Below, piece after piece: positions 9,358 through 18,891 of a stretch of DNA of 29,910 nt; the stretch's first letter is position 1; each line of letters opens with the position of its first letter. The notes below the pieces were generated by a model. The model was given only the letters and a program-made list of their open reading frames with translations. It had not been told where the DNA came from and ran no database searches. The position numbers were made by a program, and so were the translations under genes. Origin of the DNA: an uncultured archaeon (lineage in GTDB: Archaea > Asgardarchaeota > Thorarchaeia > Thorarchaeales > Thorarchaeaceae); the NCBI GenBank assembly GCA_964473825.1, contig CAYYQL010000033.1, forward strand, positions 1 to 29,910, given 5' to 3'.

Positions 9358-10392
9358 TCACAAGAAATCGGTCAGTGTGCTCTGCTGTTGCATATCTCTA
9401 ATCTCTTCGAGAGCCTCCTCCAACCTCTTGAGAGAACTGGAGATTCTCCCTTCGCTGAAATCATGCTCTGCACAGAGAATTCTATGAATGATCTTTGGAT
9501 TGGGGTCGTTCCACACAGGGTCATTAATAGGAACCTCTGGAGGGTCCAAGAAGATTTCCCGGATCCGTTCATAGGGAAAGTCAAGTTCAAACCCCTTCTC
9601 ATTGCTTACTTGTTCCAAATTACCATATTTCCGGATGAGCTTGAGAGCGGTCTTGGGTCCAATGCCCGGGATCTTGTCGTTGTAGTCCGTACCCACCAGA
9701 ATGGCGATGTCAACAAGCTGTTTTCTCGATATCTTAAGGAGTCGGAGGTTCAAATCCAAGTCGATAACCTCTGGATTGATAGTCTTGTATCGATTTGACC
9801 TAGCAACCCGCCTTCTTCCTGTTATGGAGAGATTTCGTATCATACGGGGACAGTTGTATAACAACGAATCATTGTCTTGGCTTGCGCTTCCCCAGACCTG
9901 TTTCTGTCGAGCCATCTGAGCAGCAAGCGCCTCACCTTCTGATGGTGCTTGATATACCGGAATCCCCAGTGCCGCAAGCAACTCCTTACTCTCTTTTACC
10001 ATCGGATCCGTGAGTCTGGAACTTGCCTGGGCCGCCTTCCGAGCGTCTTCTATTCGTCCCTCTTCCTTCGCACGCTTCCATTCGTTTCTTGCACTTTCCC
10101 GTATCTCCCTTCTTCTTTCGATCTCATCCTGTTTCAGGTCAGGGGGCTCACCATCAAACACATAGACAGGTTTTATGCCGTTCATGAGTAAGTTGATGTT
10201 CCGGTAGAAGAGGCCACTGAGATGGCTAGTTACCCGTCCTTGTCCATCCATGAGAGGAGTACCATCAGGCTGCCGGATTATTGAGAGGAATTGATAGAGT
10301 GTGTTGAATGCGTCAACAGCCACCTTCTTCCCGGAGAGCTCTTCTAGAGTGAAAGTCTCAGCCCTCATGATGTCGCCAAGTTTGGTTCCCAT
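9358..10392 (-). CDS. fen: Flap endonuclease 1
   Basis: 'DAFNTLYQFLSIIRQPDGTPLMD', 'VFDGEPP', 'APSEGEA', 'SQDNDSLL', 'LVGTDYN..IPGIGPKTALKLI' and C-terminal PIP box 'QSTLTDFL'. Start moved to ATG 10392 (M-G-T-K-L), matching the family's N-terminal MG. Confidence 0.96.
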   Translation of the reverse strand: MGTKLGDIMRAETFTLEELSGKKVAVDAFNTLYQFLSIIRQPDGTPLMDGQGRVTSHLSGLFYRNINLLMNGIKPVYVFDGEPPDLKQDEIERRREIRESARNEWKRAKEEGRIEDARKAAQASSRLTDPMVKESKELLAALGIPVYQAPSEGEALAAQMARQKQVWGSASQDNDSLLYNCPRMIRNLSITGRRRVARSNRYKTINPEVIDLDLNLRLLKISRKQLVDIAILVGTDYNDKIPGIGPKTALKLIRKYGNLEQVSNEKGFELDFPYERIREIFLDPPEVPINDPVWNDPNPKIIHRILCAEHDFSEGRISSSLKRLEEALEEIRDMQQQSTLTDFL

Positions 10393-10493
10393 GGATTCGG
10401 CCTCCCAATGGAGTAGATATCTATGAACTATCAATTGCGCATATATGGCTTGAGATGGACTGAACCAGGCCTTGTCTGCGGATGCTTCGGTAG

Positions 10494-10505
10494 GTTTATA
10501 AAAAA
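10494..10505 (+). promoter_or_regulatory. TATA-box-like element in the divergent fen / zinc-finger-EF1beta intergenic region
   Basis: GTTTATAAAAAA matches the archaeal TTTA(T/A)A consensus, about 50 nt upstream of the small zinc-finger gene. A GGTGA SD lies at 10546-10550. Confidence 0.5.
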
Positions 10506-10554
10506 CTCATCGCTCGGCCCCTAGACAGTAGCAAGAACAAGCCCTGGTGATAAT

Positions 10555-10731
10555 TTGTCTTCAATGAAAGCACTAAGATGCACCTCATGTCACGGGTCGA
10601 TATCTCCCGAAGAAGATAGCGTGAGATTCCAGTGCCCATCGTGTGGAGGATTCTTGATTTGGCGCTGTGAAGTATGTAGGAGATTCTCTGTTAGGTACAC
10701 ATGTCCCAATTGTGGCTTCGAAGGGCCATAG
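10555..10731 (+). CDS. Small zinc-finger protein with four CxxC motifs (DUF1610 / HVO_2753-like)
   Basis: Not in the ORF track; translated by hand as (M)SSMKALRCTSCHGSISPEEDSVRFQCPSCGGFLIWRCEVCRRFSVRYTCPNCGFEGP*. Ends in the family's 'Y.CP.CGF.GP'. TTG 10555 follows GGTGA (alternative ATG 10564). Directly upstream of EF-1beta as in other archaea. Confidence 0.92.
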   Translation: MSSMKALRCTSCHGSISPEEDSVRFQCPSCGGFLIWRCEVCRRFSVRYTCPNCGFEGP

Positions 10732-10749
10732 CAAGGGAGAAGGATCATT

Positions 10750-11016
10750 ATGGCAAGAGTAGTTATTACTCTCAAGATCATGCCGGAAGATACGGATGTG
10801 GACTTGGAGGGCCTTCTAGAGAAGATAAAGAAGAATGTTCCAGAGGATACTGATGTGAGAGCAAACGAGATAGTACCTATCGCCTTTGGACTCAAGGCAA
10901 TACGAATGAATGTTGCACGTGATGAGTCTTTGGGTGGTACCGATGATATTGAAGAGGCGATTTCAAAGCTCGACGGGGTTTCTCAAGTCGAGGTTGAACG
11001 CGTTTCAAGGATGTAA
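10750..11016 (+). CDS. ef1b: Translation elongation factor aEF-1 beta
   Basis: 'KIMPE..DVDLE.L', 'PIAFGLKA', 'GGTDDIEE', 'GVSQVEV'. Confidence 0.96.
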   Translation: MARVVITLKIMPEDTDVDLEGLLEKIKKNVPEDTDVRANEIVPIAFGLKAIRMNVARDESLGGTDDIEEAISKLDGVSQVEVERVSRM

Positions 11017-11138
11017 TCGCATAGACTGATTCATGAAATGGTTCGCGTATCGCATCGGAGTGTTTGGCGCGCAATTTGATACTAGATTATTAGCTATAGA
11101 GATAGACTCATTAGCGAACTCTCGGCAGGACAAGCTAG

Positions 11139-13406
<2,268 letters not shown>

Positions 13407-13424
13407 ATACAGGAGAAAGAGATA

Positions 13425-13685
13425 TTGTCAACATGGAACACGATACCGCTCAGAAGTCTTGTAATGCGCATCTTAAAGAAGAGGCACGGAGTTATCTTGG
13501 ACGACGAGCTAGGACGTGCGCTCAAGAAGGAGCTCGGACATGAACCAAGTGAGGCCGAACTCAACTCTGCACTGATGCAACTCGAGATTAACGGCTTGGC
13601 TCATGTCAGCCAGATTACTAAGACGAAACGTCGAATCGAAACAATATCCGAAGGTTCAGAGTTCTTGGCTGTTGACGAGGACTGA
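13425..13685 (+). CDS. Small winged-helix protein downstream of cdc48
   Basis: 86 aa, TTG start after AGGAG. 'ELNSALMQLEINGLAHV' is a wHTH recognition helix/wing pattern. Confidence 0.75.
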   Translation: MSTWNTIPLRSLVMRILKKRHGVILDDELGRALKKELGHEPSEAELNSALMQLEINGLAHVSQITKTKRRIETISEGSEFLAVDED

Positions 13686-13717
13686 GTACAGGATTGATTA
13701 TCTGAGGCGAAGTTAGA

Positions 13718-14188
13718 ATGTCTGTCAGGAGAGTCCTAGCAGCCGGTAAGTTCGACATCCTCCATCTTGGACATATCGCATATCTTGAACAAGCGAAGGA
13801 GCTTGCAAGAGAAGAGGGACATCTTATTGTAGTTGTTGCGCTCGATTCCACTATTAAGCGAGAGAGAGGGGCACAACCAGTATTTCCTCAGGAACAGAGA
13901 AGGAGGATAGTCCAAGCTCTTTGTGTTGTGGATGAGGCAGTGTTGGGATATGATACCGATGACCACACAAGAATCGTCAAGGAATTGAAACCTGATATAG
14001 TTGCGCTTGGCTATGACCAGCAGACGGACATAGAGGCTCTTGAACGGCTGTTCAGGAGAGAAAAGATGGATATTGAGATTGTCCGACTTGAGAAAAGAGA
14101 CGCCGATGGACTCTGCTCATCCACTCAAATTCGAAAGAGAATTCTACAGTATTATAGCGAAAATGGCAAAGCAAGACCAAGCTGCTAG
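13718..14188 (+). CDS. ribL: Archaeal FAD synthase (cytidylyltransferase family)
   Basis: 'GKFDILHLGH' HxGH motif, 'VDEAVLG', 'KPDIVALGYDQ', 'SSTQIRKRI'. Confidence 0.82.
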   Translation: MSVRRVLAAGKFDILHLGHIAYLEQAKELAREEGHLIVVVALDSTIKRERGAQPVFPQEQRRRIVQALCVVDEAVLGYDTDDHTRIVKELKPDIVALGYDQQTDIEALERLFRREKMDIEIVRLEKRDADGLCSSTQIRKRILQYYSENGKARPSC

Positions 14189-15531
14189 ATTATCAGTTCT
14201 CCGCGCTCCTCAGCCTCTCTCACCGCTCTTGCCCTCCGCTCCCTTCTTTCAATCTCAACTCTCCAGATGAAATAGGACACTAATGCCACTGCAATCATGA
14301 CTATTATTCCAAGGAGTGTATACCACCCTGAAATGAAATTCGAAAGGAAGTCCTTCAGAGGGGCACTTGTGAAATATGGCCAGTTAAATGCCAGACCGGA
14401 GCTGTAGAGAAAGCCCACTATGGTGATTTCCTTGAGATAGCCGATACTGTACTCATCTTGGTCAAAGAAGAATATCATTATCCCCATCCAGAACAAGTAC
14501 CAGGGCATTACCCACCTGTAAAGGAACAAGATTGCCGGAAGCATATAGACATACAGAGGAACAAGACTGTTGATCCGCTCTCTCCAGCTCTGTGCCTTGA
14601 AATCGGAGAGTTTAGGCAAGTAGAGTGGGATGGTATAGAGGAGAAAGGCAGCATAGAGAACCAGGGGTATCAATGCAGGAGGCCATTGGTAATACGTAAT
14701 GGGATCTTGAGTTAGATCAGGTGTTGCAAAAGTTAGCCCCGGGTACATTGGATTCACTACATGTGCACTGTAAGAGGACAGATTCAGGAAGTGCATAACA
14801 AGCGACTCGAATCCCACTCCTGCAAATGCAAATGGTATAACCGTCAGCAACGCAGATACGAAGAACCACACGGATGCCAGGGGGGCGTCGAGGAAGAAAA
14901 GAGGAAATGCAACACCCGGGTATATCTTCGTCTGAACTGCTAGCCCAAGTGTGAACATGGCCTTCCCCATTTGTTTCTCTTGCCTTAATACAAGAGCCAT
15001 AAGAAGAAGGCAATCCACTATAGGCTCCAGTTTTCCTCCTCCGGCTGACATTATCAACCCATAGACAAAATAACCACCGAAGAACAACCGGGCCCAACGC
15101 TCGTGGTAGATCTTGTCTTTCAAGAGGACGGCAATCAGTACCAGATTAAGATTGAACACAAGTACGAGTAAGAAGTTCAGCCAAAGCGGCTGTAGTTCGT
15201 TGACACCCGGAAACAGGGCTGTTGCTATCGAGAAGAATATGAGACCGAACACAGGATACTCATAGGTGATGTTACCTAGGTAGTCGGGTAAGACGTGGTC
15301 GCCATCATTGAAATTCCACTCCTCTGGTAAAGCCTCAGCAAGCTCCTGGTCAGTCATGTTGTAGACCGCAAACCCATAAATCCAGAAGGCCTCACCATAC
15401 ATCTCGTTTCTATTTCGATCCCGTTGGATAACAAAGGAATTCGCAATGGGTATGGCTACCATGGAGATAACAAGGCTCAGTACAAGGTATCTTCGCATCT
15501 CGTAAATCTTGAAGGAGATTGCGCTGAGCAT
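14185..15531 (-). CDS. Multi-pass membrane protein, GT-C superfamily (GT87/PIG-M-like) glycosyltransferase candidate
   Basis: About 10 hydrophobic segments with 'YEYPV' after the first extracellular loop, 'GLAVQTKIYP' and 'VMPWYLFW', patterns typical of GT87/PIG-M-like lipid-sugar-dependent transferases. Confidence 0.6.
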   Translation of the reverse strand: MLSAISFKIYEMRRYLVLSLVISMVAIPIANSFVIQRDRNRNEMYGEAFWIYGFAVYNMTDQELAEALPEEWNFNDGDHVLPDYLGNITYEYPVFGLIFFSIATALFPGVNELQPLWLNFLLVLVFNLNLVLIAVLLKDKIYHERWARLFFGGYFVYGLIMSAGGGKLEPIVDCLLLMALVLRQEKQMGKAMFTLGLAVQTKIYPGVAFPLFFLDAPLASVWFFVSALLTVIPFAFAGVGFESLVMHFLNLSSYSAHVVNPMYPGLTFATPDLTQDPITYYQWPPALIPLVLYAAFLLYTIPLYLPKLSDFKAQSWRERINSLVPLYVYMLPAILFLYRWVMPWYLFWMGIMIFFFDQDEYSIGYLKEITIVGFLYSSGLAFNWPYFTSAPLKDFLSNFISGWYTLLGIIVMIAVALVSYFIWRVEIERRERRARAVREAEERGELII

Positions 15532-15644
15532 TTACTATCGACCTGCCGTGTCTGATTCAATTGAGGAGTTCTTGAACGAGCTCCGAGGGGTGGGCAAGTA
15601 ATTAACCTTTTGTCGGAAAGTACTAGCAGACCAGGCTCTGTGAC

Positions 15645-17588
15645 CTATGCGAGATAGGTGGGACAGGGCCAGTTGTCACACTCTAGGCAATGGGAACACT
15701 TCTTGTCATTGACAGTCATTTTTCCGTCCACGAGATGGAGGGCATTGTGCTCGCACTGGGATATACAGGAGCCGCACCCCTGACAGAGGATAGCGCGTTT
15801 CACCGCACGTTCAACCTGTTTCCCTAGCGAAATGATCTCGTCCTCGTTGTTTCCTCGAATGATTAAGGAGCCAGAGCTAAACAGGTTGATGCTATTCCCC
15901 CCACGCTTAATCCTGAGCGCACCAATTTCGTCCCAGTAGACAGCCTTGCCAAATATGGATAGCACCTCAGAGAGACGGTTCAGATCTAGTCCAGACGAGA
16001 ACTGTCCTTCAATCGAATAACCGGCTGACACACATGGCGATACACCCTTAACAATACTCAAGGAGAGGCGGTCACTTGGGGAAGGTCTGTTCTCAGATAT
16101 CGGGAGATCAAGTTTCTCAACTAGATTCATCTGTCCTGATGGCAGTTTTTTCCATCTCCAGAAGCCCATCTCAGCCCATTCCTTTGGAAAGCCATATTCC
16201 TCAGCCCAACGTACTAAGGCATTCATCCAACGTTCATACAGCACGGGATGACTATGCTCGAGCTGTTGGATTTCTGCGAGAGGAGAAGAAGGACAGAGGT
16301 AGCAGCCCATTCTCTGATAACCTTCATTATACAGAGGATTGAACTCTGCGTTCTCCCGGAAGATGTAGAGCCATACTTCTAGAGCATTCCAGTCTTGGAT
16401 GGGGTTTGCAGATATCTGTCCAGGCACCCAAGGATTGGTTGACACTCTAGGCTCAATTGAGCGGTTGAATGACTCGAGCTTACGTTGTCCCATGAACGCC
16501 AGCGTATCACTACCAAGCTTCTCTGCTATCGCAGTTGCTGCAGGGCCTAATTTGAGCACTTTACAGCACCAACGGAAGTCTCGTGCCGGGGGACCGAATG
16601 TTCCTAGAGAGGCCCAGAATTGATCAGCTGCATCCGAACTTATCAGGTCTGCATCCCTTCCATCTGCAAATCGTTCAATGTAGTCCACAGTCTCAGGTAA
16701 CTCTAGCCCCGTATTCAGGAAGAAGATGGGGGGTGACCTCCCAAGAGCCTTCTCCACCAAGAGGTACGTGACCAGTGAGTCCTTGCCACCACTAAAGCCC
16801 ACTGATATTGGAAGATTCTTCTCTTCAGAAACATGACGTATAAACGAAATGGATTCGTTTTCAATCCGCTCAAGATTTCCACCATTGGACTTGATTGCTT
16901 CGTCCCAAGAAGATGTCTTGGTGTTAACCTTGGGAGGTGTGGGTTCTGAAAACTCACGGATCTTGATTGCATAGCCCTTTTCCTCTTTCCCCATGGCCTC
17001 ACCACTCATACGGGCGATGCCCACCCCAATAACTAGGCCATCATAGTCAATCAGCCATACTTCGTCTCTCTCTTTAATTTCAGTATCGCACCCAGCAATT
17101 CCGGGCAGCATAAGATTGGCACCTTTTCGAAGAAAGGGAATTGCATCTTGATGTACTGATATCCACTTCTTTTTGCTGTGTTGACTTACTCTGCGGCCGC
17201 CCTCAGGTGTTAGTAGAAATATGTAACGCATCGTTGCGATATCGAATCTGAGTCGTCCAACTATGTAACCGTCCACGATTATCTCGTACATAGCGTCGAG
17301 AGCACCAATCTTGTTCATCACGACCGTTTTATTGCTCGGCACAATCTTCTCGCCGACACCCTCTCCGTATTGCTTATCGAGCGTGGCTCTTATCGAGCCG
17401 ATGTGGCCCTTCATGGCAGGATAGGGATCACCTGGGGGAGTTATCTGGACCTTCCTTGGACTCTCTCCACACACCGAACAGGGGTTGGCTTCAACCAGTG
17501 GAACATTGCAAGTGTCACACCAGAATAGCCGTATGCGCGTTAGGTACGGTGCATGCCCTCTACGAAACCTTCTGCTTCTCTTAGCCAG
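15645..17588 (-). CDS. PAPS-reductase-family (PP-loop) protein with N-terminal Zn ribbon, PUA domain and C-terminal 4Fe-4S ferredoxin domain
   Basis: 'FSGGKDS', 'RWCCKVLK', 'RMGCYLCP', PUA 'GANLMLPGI', and 'CQGCGSCISQC...CSHCLEC'. The frame stays open upstream of the track start 17474, adding 'AKRSRRFRRGHAPYLTRIRLFWCDTCNVPLVEANPCSVC', back to CTG at 17588, which follows a TGA. Confidence 0.85.
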   Translation of the reverse strand: MAKRSRRFRRGHAPYLTRIRLFWCDTCNVPLVEANPCSVCGESPRKVQITPPGDPYPAMKGHIGSIRATLDKQYGEGVGEKIVPSNKTVVMNKIGALDAMYEIIVDGYIVGRLRFDIATMRYIFLLTPEGGRRVSQHSKKKWISVHQDAIPFLRKGANLMLPGIAGCDTEIKERDEVWLIDYDGLVIGVGIARMSGEAMGKEEKGYAIKIREFSEPTPPKVNTKTSSWDEAIKSNGGNLERIENESISFIRHVSEEKNLPISVGFSGGKDSLVTYLLVEKALGRSPPIFFLNTGLELPETVDYIERFADGRDADLISSDAADQFWASLGTFGPPARDFRWCCKVLKLGPAATAIAEKLGSDTLAFMGQRKLESFNRSIEPRVSTNPWVPGQISANPIQDWNALEVWLYIFRENAEFNPLYNEGYQRMGCYLCPSSPLAEIQQLEHSHPVLYERWMNALVRWAEEYGFPKEWAEMGFWRWKKLPSGQMNLVEKLDLPISENRPSPSDRLSLSIVKGVSPCVSAGYSIEGQFSSGLDLNRLSEVLSIFGKAVYWDEIGALRIKRGGNSINLFSSGSLIIRGNNEDEIISLGKQVERAVKRAILCQGCGSCISQCEHNALHLVDGKMTVNDKKCSHCLECDNWPCPTYLA

Positions 17589-17619
17589 TCAGAAACACAT
17601 CTCCTTGTGTACCATGAAC

Positions 17620-18282
17620 TCAGTCGAATCCTTCGAGCATCGTCTTTCCACGACTTGCCCCGATTCGGGTAGCTCCCGCCTCAATCATCGACTTTGCATC
17701 CTCAAAGCTGCCTATACCTCCAGCGGCTTTGATCCCCAGACGACCCCCAACAACCGCGTCCATGATCTGGATGTCCACTACTGAAGCACCTCTCGGACCG
17801 AATCCAGTTGATGTCTTAACAAAATGAGCCCCTGCCTCCTCCGCCAAATCGCAAGCCATTCGAATCTCATCTTCGGACAGATAGCCTGTTTCAAGAATCA
17901 CTTTCACAGGGCTTCCTTTTGCAGCCTCTACAACTGCTTGGATATCTTCAACCACATATCGACTCTTTCCTGATTTGAAAGCGCCTATATTCATCACCAT
18001 GTCAATTTCGGTTGCGCCACTTCGTATTGCCACAGCAGCTTCATACGCCTTTGCGACCGTGGCCATTGCACCCAATGGAAATCCAACAACACTGCAAATT
18101 TCAATGTCACTCTCTTTCAAGGACTCAGCGGCAGTACTGACATTGCAGCTATTCACACAGACTGCTCCAAAGCCATAGTCGAGAGCCTCCTTACAGAGCT
18201 CACGGATTCTCTGTTCCGTTGCATCAGGTTTGAGTTCTGTATGATCAATCATCTGAGCCAGTTTCTCTCGGGTAAGAGTCAC
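17620..18282 (-). CDS. deoC: Deoxyribose-phosphate aldolase
   Basis: 'IDHTELKP', 'VVGFPLG', 'EIDMVMNIG', 'KVILET', 'FVKTSTGF', 'IKAAGGI', 'GATRIGAS'. Confidence 0.97.
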   Translation of the reverse strand: MTLTREKLAQMIDHTELKPDATEQRIRELCKEALDYGFGAVCVNSCNVSTAAESLKESDIEICSVVGFPLGAMATVAKAYEAAVAIRSGATEIDMVMNIGAFKSGKSRYVVEDIQAVVEAAKGSPVKVILETGYLSEDEIRMACDLAEEAGAHFVKTSTGFGPRGASVVDIQIMDAVVGGRLGIKAAGGIGSFEDAKSMIEAGATRIGASRGKTMLEGFD

Positions 18283-18360
18283 GATATCAACTCCGGAGAG
18301 AAGGGCCGACTGCTGTGTTATTAACCCCTTCGAATGGTGAGATTTCCCAAAGGAATAAAA

Positions 18361-18696
18361 TCAGGGTCCACCAAGATAGCTCCGGATATCATCAAGAACT
18401 TCCTTCTGAAGCCGGATTACGTCATGGACTTCAATCTCTTCGGCATCCTTCACGACAGAACTCAGTTGCACAACAGTACCGACAGCTTCCACCTTAGCGA
18501 AATCAACTGGAAACTCAACTTCTGCGCCTTTGACAATGAGTTCGGATCGTGTAGGATGAAGCCCGATACGGATGCTTCGAACAATTCCTATTCGACGAGC
18601 TCGGCTGTCCAGTACCTCTTTTCCCAGTAGCCGTCCAGGCATGCTGAGTTCGTACAACTCGGCCTCGATGTTCGGCATTGCCTCCTTCGTAGTCAT
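18361..18696 (-). CDS. PRC-barrel domain protein
   Basis: 'LLGKEVLDSRARRIGIVRSIRI' and 'VDFAKVEAVGTVVQL' fit the PRC-barrel pattern (L.GK.V.D..G..IG.V.DI; ip...V..vGd.v.l). C-terminal helix present. Confidence 0.78.
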   Translation of the reverse strand: MTTKEAMPNIEAELYELSMPGRLLGKEVLDSRARRIGIVRSIRIGLHPTRSELIVKGAEVEFPVDFAKVEAVGTVVQLSSVVKDAEEIEVHDVIRLQKEVLDDIRSYLGGP

Positions 18697-18737
18697 TCCA
18701 GATGGGCTCCTGTGTTTCTAAGCCTGACTCGTAAAGC

Positions 18738-18837
18738 AGGCTTTAAACAGTGAGTATTATCATATCTTCCTAGATGTACTGTGCAACTACAAGAATCAAA
18801 CGAACTGAAACGTTATCGAGTAGGAGGCTTTAAACAG
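18738..18837. repeat. Exact 13-bp direct repeat AGGCTTTAAACAG (18738-18750 and 18825-18837)
   Basis: Read directly from the sequence in the divergent PRC-barrel/hef intergenic region. Each copy contains TTTAAA. Confidence 0.75.
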
Positions 18838-18891
18838 GCGGGCTAACTGGTTCATGGTATATACCCATTTCCTAATCCAGAGGCTGGTCGA

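Noticed and set aside
10590-10895. 101-aa minus-strand ORF
   Set aside because: Antisense shadow of the zinc-finger micro-gene and ef1b, with no recognisable motifs.
17589-17591. Selenocysteine as the preferred reading of the in-frame TGA
   Set aside because: Not an evident conserved Cys position, no convincing SECIS seen, and the ATG abuts the SD with no spacing. CUG initiation is simpler, so Sec is kept only as an alternative.
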